From NCBI GenBank assembly GCA_013414795.1, contig CP058732.1:2331737-2395736 (forward strand): DNA of 64,000 nt, read 5' to 3'. Both the position numbers and the translations under genes were made by a program. Within the stretch, counting starts at the first letter, position 1, and each line of letters starts with the position of its first letter. Below are positions 10,454 through 19,295 of this stretch, in pieces. The notes under the pieces were generated by a model. It did no database searches. It was not told where the DNA came from and saw nothing but the letters and a program-made list of their open reading frames with translations. Origin of the DNA: Candidatus Kapaibacterium sp. (GTDB lineage Bacteria > Bacteroidota > Ignavibacteria > Kapaibacteriales > UBA2268).

Positions 10454-11353
10454 CTATTTTTTTCTTTTGTTCTTGGATTTATCTTTTTTGCGGAAACTTG
10501 GCTTGCCAGAAAATCTTTTATTATCTTTGCTTCTACTGGTTCTTTTCTTCCCTTTGGATTTTTCAATCTTTTTGCTCGGTGGAGCAATTTCAACTTTGGG
10601 TTCGAACAAGTTATCATCCTCAATTTCGTGAATAGGTGAACCATCGAAGCAAACGACAAATTCCCCTTTGAACTTCGTATTTTTAAAAATATTATACAAT
10701 TCCTTAAAAGTTCCGTAATGGTGGGTCTCGAAAGGCATTGTCAAATTGCACCCGATGTAGGCACGTCTGTCTGGCATAATCTGTGCAGCAGCCTCGAGCA
10801 AAGGAACAAGTCGGTATGGTGTTTCGAGAAGTACAACCGTCCGCTTCTCTGTGCTTAATCTTCGAAGTTGCAAAATTCGTTCTTCTTTCTTTCTACTTAA
10901 AAAGCCAGCATAGAGAAACTGGTCAATCGGAAAACCACTTCGAACCAAAGCAGTCATCAAACTCGAAACTCCTGGGATGACTTTTATGGGTATTTCTTTT
11001 TTCAAACAAGTTTGAACCAGAAGCAGACCTGGGTCGGCAAATACTGGCGTTCCACCATCACAAATCAAAGCAAGGTTTTTTCCTTTCTCTAACAATTCAA
11101 CAAGTTGTGGCGTCTTTATCATTTCGTTCTGTTCATTCAACAATTCCATTTTCTGCGAAAGATTGTATTTGTGAAGAGTTCTGGCACCAACCTTTGGCTC
11201 TTCACATACCACAATATCTACCGATTTCAAGACCTTCAACGCTCGTATGGTAATATCGTCATCGTTTCCAATGGGTGTCGAAACAATGTATAAAGTGCCA
11301 TACTTCTTTTCTTTTTGCTCTTTGTTTTGTAAATTTTCAGGGTTATGTTCCAT
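10454..11353 (-). CDS. rsmI: 16S rRNA (cytidine1402-2'-O)-methyltransferase RsmI with Lys-rich C-terminal extension
   Basis: Tetrapyrrole-methylase fold with RsmI motifs (LYIVSTPIGN, VVCEEPKVGARTLHKYNL, ALICDGGTPVFADPG, ETPYRL). The C-terminus continues in KSKGKKRTSRSKDNKRFSGKPSFRKKDKSKNKRKK. Confidence 0.8.
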   Translation of the reverse strand: MEHNPENLQNKEQKEKKYGTLYIVSTPIGNDDDITIRALKVLKSVDIVVCEEPKVGARTLHKYNLSQKMELLNEQNEMIKTPQLVELLEKGKNLALICDGGTPVFADPGLLLVQTCLKKEIPIKVIPGVSSLMTALVRSGFPIDQFLYAGFLSRKKEERILQLRRLSTEKRTVVLLETPYRLVPLLEAAAQIMPDRRAYIGCNLTMPFETHHYGTFKELYNIFKNTKFKGEFVVCFDGSPIHEIEDDNLFEPKVEIAPPSKKIEKSKGKKRTSRSKDNKRFSGKPSFRKKDKSKNKRKK

Positions 11354-12452
11354 TTTTCACATAAATTTTTGGTACTCTTTGAGAAACAGAAGTAATTACC
11401 TCGTAAACAATTGTATTGGAGCATCGGGCGAGTTCTTTACCGTCGATTTCTTCTTCACCTTGCTTACCAAGAATTACAACTTCATCGCCAATTTTCACAT
11501 TGTCGTTACCAACATCAACCATAATCTCATCCATACAAATACCGCCAACAACTTTGTATCTTTTGCCATTAATTAAGCAAAAGAAAGTGTCGGAGATTAA
11601 TCGTGAAAGCCCATCGCCATAACCAATTGGGACAGTTGCAATATGCGTATCGAATTCGGCTCGAAATCTTCTGCCATATCCCACGGTCTCTCCTTTGGAA
11701 ATTCTTCTTAATGAAATTACTTTCGAAAAAATTTCCATTACTGGCTTAAATTTATTTTCGGAAGATACACCATCGGGAATATATCCATAGAGAGCCAAGC
11801 CTGGTCGAACTGCATCTAAAAATGATTCTTTCGAAGTAAACAAAGCACCAGTGTTTGCGATATGGCGAATTTCGAACTCAAAACCAGCGGATTTTAATTG
11901 TTCCAAAACTTGGAGAAATTTATTCAATTGTTGCGAAGTGTATTCTCTATCAGATTCAGACGAAGCAAAATGCGACATTATCCCAATTGGATTTATATTC
12001 GGTAGACGAGAACAAGATTCCACCAATTCAAACGCTCGCTCTGGCAACACTCCATCACGTCCCATACCAGTATCGACGTAAAAGTGGATATTGGCAACTT
12101 TTCCTTTCGAACGGGCGTATTCAGATATTTTCTTTGCAACATAATAACTTTCAATGGCGTAGTCCAAATAATAATCCACCGAGGCTTCGATAGTAGCATC
12201 ATTTTCGGGGACAAGAACAAGAATTGGTACTTTAATACCAGCGTTCCTCAATTCTATGCCTTCATTCACAAAAGCAACGGCAAGATAATCAATACCAAAT
12301 TCTTCAAGATAGCGTGAGATTTCGATTAGACCGTGTCCATAGGCATTGGCTTTGACAACACCAATTAACTTCTTGTCGCCTATTATCTTCCTAATGTTAA
12401 GATAATTGTTGTAAAGATTATCTATGTTTATCCGAGCAAAAGTTGTCCTCAT
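11343..12452 (-). CDS. alr: alanine racemase
   Basis: PLP-lysine motif VVKANAYGHG, a typical length of 369 aa, and C-terminal beta-domain residues. Overlaps rsmI by 11 nt. Confidence 0.85.
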   Translation of the reverse strand: MRTTFARINIDNLYNNYLNIRKIIGDKKLIGVVKANAYGHGLIEISRYLEEFGIDYLAVAFVNEGIELRNAGIKVPILVLVPENDATIEASVDYYLDYAIESYYVAKKISEYARSKGKVANIHFYVDTGMGRDGVLPERAFELVESCSRLPNINPIGIMSHFASSESDREYTSQQLNKFLQVLEQLKSAGFEFEIRHIANTGALFTSKESFLDAVRPGLALYGYIPDGVSSENKFKPVMEIFSKVISLRRISKGETVGYGRRFRAEFDTHIATVPIGYGDGLSRLISDTFFCLINGKRYKVVGGICMDEIMVDVGNDNVKIGDEVVILGKQGEEEIDGKELARCSNTIVYEVITSVSQRVPKIYVKNGT

Positions 12453-12453
12453 A

Positions 12454-14265
12454 CTAATTCTTTACTCCGATGAAATTATCAATCTGACTAATCAATTCTG
12501 AAATTTTCTCTATCAAAAGCCCTTTATTTTTTTCTTTTTCTTGCAAGACCATTTTCAATTTCGTCAATTCTTCGTTTAAATTTCGATACTCGAGTATTTT
12601 TTCATTATAAAGAATTTCGATTTTTTCTTTATCCCTTAATGCTTTCAAATAATTATCCTGAACATCATTTTTTTCTTTATTTAAAGCAAAAATCTTTCTT
12701 TGCAAATCGATTTTTTCTTCGCTCATTTGTTTATTCAATTCTTTCAACTCTTTGTTTATTTGCCTCATTGAATTCACTTCACCTTGCAATTTGTAAAATT
12801 CGTTCTTATATTGCATTAATTCCCGCAAGTTTTCATCTTTTCGAAGCAATTCAGATTTAGTTTTTTGCAATTCCTCCTCGGCTAATTTCGCTTTTTCTCG
12901 AAGTTCAATCAATTCTGAATTAAGGCTCTCAACTTGTGTATTTAAATCATCTATCGTAGTGCGGTAAATTTCTAATTGTTCAATAAGTTCACCTTGTTTG
13001 GATTGTCTACTCTTCAACTCGGCGTAAATTTTTTCCAATTCATTTTTCAAATTTCGATTCTCTTCTTCCAAATTTCTCATTTTAATATTTTTTTCTTCCT
13101 CGTCTGCTTGGAACTCTTTTATCTGATTGTCAAGTTTGAATCTTTCCTTTTCTTTGTTAGTAAGTTCAGTTTCTAATCCAGCAATTCTGTTCTTGTGAAA
13201 AACAATTTCCTGCTCGAGTTCTTCGATTTTTTTGGCGTTCTGCACAAGAACATCGTCAATTCTACTCTTCAACCGAAGATTTTCTTCTTGCAATGAACTA
13301 ACCTCGAATGTCAAATCCTCAATCTTTGTTACTATTTGCTTTAAATAGTTTAAATAATCTGATAAATTTTTCCCATTTATTTCAAATCCTAAATTAGACA
13401 AAATTGGAGTGGAAAAGATTTTTCCAAAAGAATCAATTAATTCCTGTTCCTTTTTCCTAAAAGTTTCTATTTGCTCATTCAACATTTGTATCTGGCTTGA
13501 AAGATGTTCAATTTCACGCTCCTTTTCAATCTTTTGAACAGCAGTCCTTTCAAGATTCTTTTCGAGTTCACTCGATTCGGAAAGCAATTGTTCGTATTGT
13601 GCTTTCAAATTATCATAGTCAATGGATTTCACCCGAAAAGTTTCAATCTCTGTTTTGTATTGTTTTAATTGCTCATTTTGCTCGCTATTCACTTTTTGCA
13701 ACTCAATAATCTTTGCTTCTAAAATTGGCAACTTCTTTTCTTTTTCTTCGAGTTGGATAATAACGTTTTCAAGTTCTGCAATTTTTTCTTTATAAGACAT
13801 TATCTCATCGTTCAATTGATTTATTCGCAAATTTTTTTGAACAATATCTTCTTGTGCGTGTTTAAGTTGCTCTTCGAGTTCTTTCAACTTTTCGTCGCTT
13901 TCAGAATATCCAAACAAACTTCCCTCGAGAAATTCCTTTTGCTTTTTATACTCCTCGTAATACATTTGCAGAAAATTGTTTTCCTCACGGAGTTCGGAAA
14001 TTACAGACTCGTATTTCTGAATTATGTCGGGGGAATAATTTTCCTCAATTGTTTTTAACTTTTCTTCTAATTGTTCAACTTTCGTTTCGAAATCTTGGAC
14101 TTTTAGGCGAAGCGACTGATTTTCCTGCTTCAACGCTTCATTTATTTCAACTTGTTTTTGGTACTTTTCGACGAAACCACGAATTGCAGTCCAAAGATTT
14201 TCAATAACGATTTGAAGATTCTGGCTGGGTTTTAGACTTTTGTCTTCAAAATTAATCTGTTCCAT
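12454..14265 (-). CDS. 603-aa coiled-coil protein (E/K/L/Q/N-rich heptad repeats throughout), function unknown
   Basis: No TM segment, signal peptide or catalytic motif. Heptad-like periodicity runs from residue about 30 to the end. Its stop lies 1 nt from the alr start. Confidence 0.6.
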   Translation of the reverse strand: MEQINFEDKSLKPSQNLQIVIENLWTAIRGFVEKYQKQVEINEALKQENQSLRLKVQDFETKVEQLEEKLKTIEENYSPDIIQKYESVISELREENNFLQMYYEEYKKQKEFLEGSLFGYSESDEKLKELEEQLKHAQEDIVQKNLRINQLNDEIMSYKEKIAELENVIIQLEEKEKKLPILEAKIIELQKVNSEQNEQLKQYKTEIETFRVKSIDYDNLKAQYEQLLSESSELEKNLERTAVQKIEKEREIEHLSSQIQMLNEQIETFRKKEQELIDSFGKIFSTPILSNLGFEINGKNLSDYLNYLKQIVTKIEDLTFEVSSLQEENLRLKSRIDDVLVQNAKKIEELEQEIVFHKNRIAGLETELTNKEKERFKLDNQIKEFQADEEEKNIKMRNLEEENRNLKNELEKIYAELKSRQSKQGELIEQLEIYRTTIDDLNTQVESLNSELIELREKAKLAEEELQKTKSELLRKDENLRELMQYKNEFYKLQGEVNSMRQINKELKELNKQMSEEKIDLQRKIFALNKEKNDVQDNYLKALRDKEKIEILYNEKILEYRNLNEELTKLKMVLQEKEKNKGLLIEKISELISQIDNFIGVKN

Positions 14266-14295
14266 AGGTTCACAAAATTATTTTATAAAAACAAT

Positions 14296-16713
14296 TTAGA
14301 AAATTCGGAGTTCTCCGCCAACTTCCGATTTAACTTTTTCGACAATATTGTTCACCCAATCTTGAACTTCCTCGTCGGTCAGCGTTCTTTCGTCCGAATT
14401 GAAGAAAAGTGCAAACGCCAGATTCTTCTTGCCTTCCCCGATGTTTTTGCCTCTAAAAACATCAAACAGAGTAATTTCTCGAAGATACTCTCCAGCAGAG
14501 TTTCTAATTATATCAAACAACTTTTGCGAGGGCAAACTCTCATCGACAACGAATGCAAGGTCTCGGCGAACAACGGGAAAAGGCGAGATTCTTTCATATT
14601 GAGGAAGTTTTTGCTCAAATAAATAAATTTGCTCAAGATTTAAATAACCAACCAGTGCATCTTCCTCTACGTCGAATAATTTCTTAACAGTGTTGGAAAT
14701 GAAACCGAATTCACCTTCGATTTTGCCATTTATTTTGATAAAAGCGTGCTCGGGCTTGAACACTTTTGTTTCTGCAACTTCAAATGAAATTTCATAGTCC
14801 TGAACTTTGAAAGTGTGTAGAAAATGTTCAAAAATTCCCTTTAAGTCGTAAAAGTCCACCTTTCTGTTGTTCATTCCCCATTGAAATGGAAAAGCAAGAC
14901 CAGAAAGTCCAATGCAAAGAACCTCCCTTTCTTCTATTCCCTCGATGAATTTATTGGCTTTTGGATCCTTTCTAAACTCTTTCCCAATTTCGAACAATCT
15001 CAAATCTTTTTTGCCAACGTTCAAATTCAACTTCACGACTTCAAGCATCGACGGAAGAATGCTTGGTCGCATAATTGAATACTCTTCGCCAAGCGGATTT
15101 TCCAATTCTATGTACTCGCTTGAATTGAATATACCCATCTTTTTGGGATTATATAAATTCTGTGTTAAAATCTCAACAAAACCTCGTGCAATAAAGTAAT
15201 TTTTGACATCTTTTCGTATCGGTGGAATGTCGAGTTCTGTCTTGTATTTGTCGCCAGAAAAAGTTATAGAAAAACTTCTGTCCTCTGGGATTTTATCGTA
15301 ACCAAAGAAACGTGCAACTTCTTCTATTAAATCAATCTCTTGTTCTACATCAAATCTGTGCGATGGAACTTCGAACACAACTTTTCCCAATTTCTGGTCG
15401 GCAATCTTAAACCCAAGATGAACCAGATAGTTGACCATAGTTTCGTTGCTAATGTCTGCACCAATGACATTGCGTGCTCTTTCAAAGCGGAAAGAAACAA
15501 ATTTCCTGGGAATTTTATTGGGATAGACATCGATATTTCCAGATACAAGTTCCCCATTTCCAAGATATGCAATCAAGTTTGCCGCTCGGTTCAAAGCAAA
15601 AACAACATTGTCGTAATCGACCCCTCGCTCGAACCTATATGAAGATTCGCTCGAAAGCCCAAGTTTCTTCGATGTTCTCCTAATCGAGGCGGGATTGAAA
15701 AAAGCAGATTCCAAGAGAACATTTCGAGTATCCGATGTGATTTCACTATTTTCACCGCCCATAACTCCACCGATTGCAACGGGCTTCTCGCCATCACAAA
15801 TCATAAGCATAGAACTATCGAGTATGCGTTCTTTTCCATCAAGGGTTACGAATTTTTCGCCCTCGCTTGCTGTTCGAACAATAATTTTATTTAAAGCAAG
15901 TTTATCGAAATCGAATGCGTGGAGCGGCTGTCCCAACTCCATCATCACATAATTTGTAACATCGACAATGGAATTAATCGGACGCAAGCCTAACAAAATC
16001 AATTTGGATTTTAACCAACTTGGAGACTCGCCGACTTTTACATTTTTTATCAATTTTGCGGAGTATCTTGGACACTTTTCTGTATCCAATATTTCAACAG
16101 AAACAAATTGGGAAATATTAACATCTGAATTTTCCTTCATTTCGAAGAAAGGTATTCGCAATGGAATTTCAAAATATGCAGATAACTCGCGTGCTATACC
16201 AAGATGGCTAAGACAATCGCCACGATTCGGAGTAATACCAATTTCAAATACAACATCGTCGAGTCCAAAATATTCAGAAAACGGCTTGCCAACGGGTGCA
16301 CTTTCTTCAAGTACTAATATTTCATCTGCACAATCCCCAATTTCCAACTCATCTTCGCTACATATCATTCCGTTGGACCGATAACCCCGAATTACTGTTG
16401 GTTTTATTTCGAATTCCCCTTTGGGAATAATTGCCCCTGGCATAGCAAGAACTACTTTTTGCCCATTGGCAACGTTTGGTGCACCACAAACAACATCAAC
16501 TGTTTCCTTTCCGTTGTCAACCTTGCAAAAAGAAAGTTTTTCGGTTATTTTTTCGACAGATTTTACTTCTGCAACGAAAAAATTTCTGTACTTCTCTGCG
16601 AAATCAATAAACTCTTCAACTTCAAATCCAATAGAAGTCAAGACATTAGCAATATCTTTTGGATCCCGTTGCAAATCAATAAATTCATTCAATAACTTAA
16701 AAGAGATTCTCAT
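14296..16713 (-). CDS. pheT: phenylalanine--tRNA ligase beta subunit
   Basis: 805 aa with an N-terminal tRNA-binding domain, B3/B4 and B5 domains, and a C-terminal FDX-ACB domain (DLAFVVDESLP...EITLFDVFRG...LAFALFF). Confidence 0.9.
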   Translation of the reverse strand: MRISFKLLNEFIDLQRDPKDIANVLTSIGFEVEEFIDFAEKYRNFFVAEVKSVEKITEKLSFCKVDNGKETVDVVCGAPNVANGQKVVLAMPGAIIPKGEFEIKPTVIRGYRSNGMICSEDELEIGDCADEILVLEESAPVGKPFSEYFGLDDVVFEIGITPNRGDCLSHLGIARELSAYFEIPLRIPFFEMKENSDVNISQFVSVEILDTEKCPRYSAKLIKNVKVGESPSWLKSKLILLGLRPINSIVDVTNYVMMELGQPLHAFDFDKLALNKIIVRTASEGEKFVTLDGKERILDSSMLMICDGEKPVAIGGVMGGENSEITSDTRNVLLESAFFNPASIRRTSKKLGLSSESSYRFERGVDYDNVVFALNRAANLIAYLGNGELVSGNIDVYPNKIPRKFVSFRFERARNVIGADISNETMVNYLVHLGFKIADQKLGKVVFEVPSHRFDVEQEIDLIEEVARFFGYDKIPEDRSFSITFSGDKYKTELDIPPIRKDVKNYFIARGFVEILTQNLYNPKKMGIFNSSEYIELENPLGEEYSIMRPSILPSMLEVVKLNLNVGKKDLRLFEIGKEFRKDPKANKFIEGIEEREVLCIGLSGLAFPFQWGMNNRKVDFYDLKGIFEHFLHTFKVQDYEISFEVAETKVFKPEHAFIKINGKIEGEFGFISNTVKKLFDVEEDALVGYLNLEQIYLFEQKLPQYERISPFPVVRRDLAFVVDESLPSQKLFDIIRNSAGEYLREITLFDVFRGKNIGEGKKNLAFALFFNSDERTLTDEEVQDWVNNIVEKVKSEVGGELRIF

Positions 16714-16793
16714 ACTTGAACGATTTTAACTTGTTTAAAAATATGCAAATTAATCAAATTATAACCAAATTAAATGCATTGATTAATTAAATT

Positions 16794-16827
16794 AAAAAAA
16801 GGAGAGGTTGTAATTTACAACCCCTCC
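16794..16827 (-). terminator. rho-independent terminator (minus strand) downstream of the K/E-rich gene
   Basis: Hairpin ggagaggttgt/aattt/acaacccctcc (11-bp stem with one mismatch). On the minus strand it is followed by a 7-nt T run (plus-strand aaaaaaa at 16794-16800). Confidence 0.7.
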
Positions 16828-16855
16828 TAACCTTGTTCCATTAATATTTTAGGGA

Positions 16856-17167
16856 TTAGTTGCTTTTCTTTTCTTCTTTCTTTTCTTTCTTCACTTTCTT
16901 TGTGGCTTTCTTCTCTTCTTTGGACTTGGCTTCTTTCTTTTCTGCTTTCTTCTCTTCTTTCATTTCTTTCTTTTCTGCCTTCTTCTCTGTCTTTGCCTCT
17001 TTCTTTTCCATCTTCGGTTGTTCCTTCTCGGTCTTCATTTCTTGCTTTTTCTCAACTTTTGGCGAGGCTTTCTTTTCTTTCGATTTTTCTGCCGCGGGGG
17101 TTTGGGCGAAAACGCTTGTTGCAATAAATGCTATTGCAACAACTACTGCAATGATTGCTCTTTTCAT
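16856..17167 (-). CDS. secreted low-complexity Lys/Glu-rich protein (KEKK repeats)
   Basis: Start chosen at MKRAIIAVVVAIAFIATSVFAQ (signal peptide) with a GGAG RBS upstream. The mature part is almost entirely (E/K)-K-K-x repeats. The nucleotide sequence is ttctttc-type repeats, which explains the many spurious overlapping ORFs in other frames. Confidence 0.6.
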   Translation of the reverse strand: MKRAIIAVVVAIAFIATSVFAQTPAAEKSKEKKASPKVEKKQEMKTEKEQPKMEKKEAKTEKKAEKKEMKEEKKAEKKEAKSKEEKKATKKVKKEKKEEKKSN

Positions 17168-17306
17168 AAAGAACTCCAAAAAATGTTAAACATACGCCTT
17201 TTGGCGATACAAAATTACTATTTCAAAATATTCGTTATTCATTTTTTGAAAATTTTTTTAAAATTTTTTATTTTAAAATTTCTTCATTTGTCAAAAAATT
17301 TTTTAT

Positions 17307-18245
17307 ATGTCAAATTTTTTATACAAGTTTTCTATATTAATTATCGGAACAATTGTCTCGACCACTATCCCTCTTTACTCACAATGCGGTTGTTCCTCGA
17401 GCCAACAATTTCTTCCTCCACTCCACTGGCTTGGTTCAAGCGAAATTTCAATTTCCCAGAAAAAGCGCCTCCACCTCGATTTTATGTACAAATTCGCAAC
17501 GGGGAATAATTTGTACAAAGGCACCGAAATAGTTCCCTCCCAAACTGATTATAAATTTCACTTCATCGACTTTTTTTCTACTTATGGCTTGACAAACTAC
17601 ACATCAATAGACTTTTACCTCGACTATAACTTTCGGCTTCTTAATCAATATGGTTTCGATACCAAAGGCTACGGCTTCTCGAACGCTTCACTGGGGTTAA
17701 GACATACATTTTACGAAAGCGAGAACTCTGATTTGGTGATAAATGGTGGCTCTGGAATAAAAATTCCTTTGATGAAATTCAAACCAATAGAAGAGTATCC
17801 AATTATTTCGCAACCAACAAATGGCTCTTTTGGATTTTACGCTTTCGCATTGCTCCAAAAGTCAATTCCAAACATTTCCTTGAATCTTTTGTTGTATTCA
17901 AGATTTGATTACAACTTCAAAAACAATATTGATTACAAATTTGCCCCATCGATTTCCAGTTCACTTTTTCTTTCACGACGCTTTTCAACAAAGTTTGTAG
18001 CACTTGCCGAACTTCGCCACTCTTTTATGTTCCAAGATAAATATAAAGATACGACTTATCCGAACTCGGGGGCAAATTTGATTTTTTTAGTACCCAGATT
18101 AACTTTTATTTTCGATGAGATTAGCATTTCCCCGTATTTTGAACTCCCGATTTACCAAAATTACAAAGGAGAACAACTTGGAGCAAAATTTGCAATTGGT
18201 ATCAACTTTAATTATGTTTACAATTTTTCGAGACGAAAATTTTGA
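17307..18245 (+). CDS. predicted outer-membrane beta-barrel protein (hypothetical)
   Basis: Signal peptide MSNFLYKFSILIIGTIVSTTIPLYSQ, alternating aromatic and hydrophilic beta-strand patterns, and a C-terminal ...NFSRRKF with terminal Phe typical of OMPs. Confidence 0.5.
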   Translation: MSNFLYKFSILIIGTIVSTTIPLYSQCGCSSSQQFLPPLHWLGSSEISISQKKRLHLDFMYKFATGNNLYKGTEIVPSQTDYKFHFIDFFSTYGLTNYTSIDFYLDYNFRLLNQYGFDTKGYGFSNASLGLRHTFYESENSDLVINGGSGIKIPLMKFKPIEEYPIISQPTNGSFGFYAFALLQKSIPNISLNLLLYSRFDYNFKNNIDYKFAPSISSSLFLSRRFSTKFVALAELRHSFMFQDKYKDTTYPNSGANLIFLVPRLTFIFDEISISPYFELPIYQNYKGEQLGAKFAIGINFNYVYNFSRRKF

Positions 18246-18265
18246 ACAACTAAATTGGGGGCATT

Positions 18266-18745
18266 ATGAAAATCTTCTTTTCGTTTGCTTGCATAGTTAT
18301 TTCTTTGCTTTTCACTTTTCAACTTACCGCCCAAGACGGCAACCAAATTAAGATAAGAAAAGTAAAAAAGCAAAGCATCCGAAATGTCGACACCACCTCG
18401 AAAACTATTCAAATCCAGCAACTGAAAAATGAGGCAAAGGTCAAGATTCGCGAAGCCAAAGAGCGAGCAAAGGCAAAAATTCTTGAAGAAAAGGCAAAGT
18501 CGAAAGAAAGAATAAACTTAGCGAAAGAAAAAGCCCGACTTGAAGTCCAAAAGGCAAAGGAAAAAGCGAACAAAGAAGTTCAACAAGTAATCGAAAAAGA
18601 AAAAAAACATATGGAAAAGGTGAAAAAAGAAGCCAATTTAGAAGTCGATAAGGTTAGGAAAGAGTACAACCAGAAAATCCAAAAAATTCTACAAGAAAGC
18701 GCCAACCCAACAAAAAAGAAAAGCAAGGAAAAAGATAATCAGTGA
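18266..18745 (+). CDS. secreted Lys/Glu-rich coiled-coil protein (hypothetical)
   Basis: Signal peptide MKIFFSFACIVISLLFTFQLTAQ, then about 130 aa of K/E/A/Q heptads (KIREAKERAKAKILEEKAKSKE...). Confidence 0.55.
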   Translation: MKIFFSFACIVISLLFTFQLTAQDGNQIKIRKVKKQSIRNVDTTSKTIQIQQLKNEAKVKIREAKERAKAKILEEKAKSKERINLAKEKARLEVQKAKEKANKEVQQVIEKEKKHMEKVKKEANLEVDKVRKEYNQKIQKILQESANPTKKKSKEKDNQ

Positions 18746-18763
18746 CAAAACCTTGTCGATTTT

Positions 18764-19261
18764 TTGATGAACAAATTTGTCGAAAAAATACAGACCTTCG
18801 CTCGAAACAATTTATCTATTACAAAGCAAGAAACAATCTTTGTTGTTTTACTATTTCTTGCCCTTTTCATAGGATTATCGAACAAATTATTTAAATTTGA
18901 CAGCAACCAAAAAGCAACAGTTCAATTTATCCGCCGTTTGATAGACAGCATTGCCGAGGCGGAAAGAAAGACCTTCGTCGGAACGGATATTTATGGAAAT
19001 CCAATCGACACAAGTTTTGTCGATAAACCTTTTAAATCGGAATTCTCGAAACTCACCGAAAGTGATACAAATGTCAAAATCAATTTGAACACAGCCTCGC
19101 GCGTCGAATTGATGAGGTTGCCAGGCATTGGTGAAAAAACTGCCCAGCAAATAATCGAACTTCGCAAGCGTAAACCAATCCGAAAGAAAGAAGATTTGTT
19201 GGAAATCAAAGGAATTGGAAAGAAAAAACTTCAACGCATAGAAAAGTTCATATCTTTTTAA
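18764..19261 (+). CDS. comEA: ComEA-family helix-hairpin-helix DNA-binding competence protein
   Basis: N-terminal membrane anchor and a C-terminal HhH motif: INLNTASRVELMRLPGIGEKTAQQIIELR...LLEIKGIGKKKLQRI. Confidence 0.8.
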   Translation: MMNKFVEKIQTFARNNLSITKQETIFVVLLFLALFIGLSNKLFKFDSNQKATVQFIRRLIDSIAEAERKTFVGTDIYGNPIDTSFVDKPFKSEFSKLTESDTNVKINLNTASRVELMRLPGIGEKTAQQIIELRKRKPIRKKEDLLEIKGIGKKKLQRIEKFISF

Positions 19262-19295
19262 TTTGCATTTTCTTTTTTACAAAATTGAGGGAAGG

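Noticed and set aside
10357-10659. ORFs 10357..10659(-), 10366..10635(+) and 10392..10631(+) around the rsmI 3' end
   Set aside because: They are by-products of the Lys-codon-rich low-complexity tract that encodes the RsmI tail. None has coding features.
16860-17509. Several plus-strand ORFs (16860..17189, 16900..17127, 17018..17509) antisense to or overlapping the KEKK gene
   Set aside because: They translate to poly-F/S/L low-complexity strings generated by the ttctttc repeat. The signal-peptide-bearing minus-strand frame with its RBS and terminator is the coding one.
18266-18745. Skp/OmpH periplasmic chaperone identity for the 159-aa K/E coiled-coil protein
   Set aside because: Only size, signal peptide and composition match. 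The conserved Skp beta-strand body is not evident.
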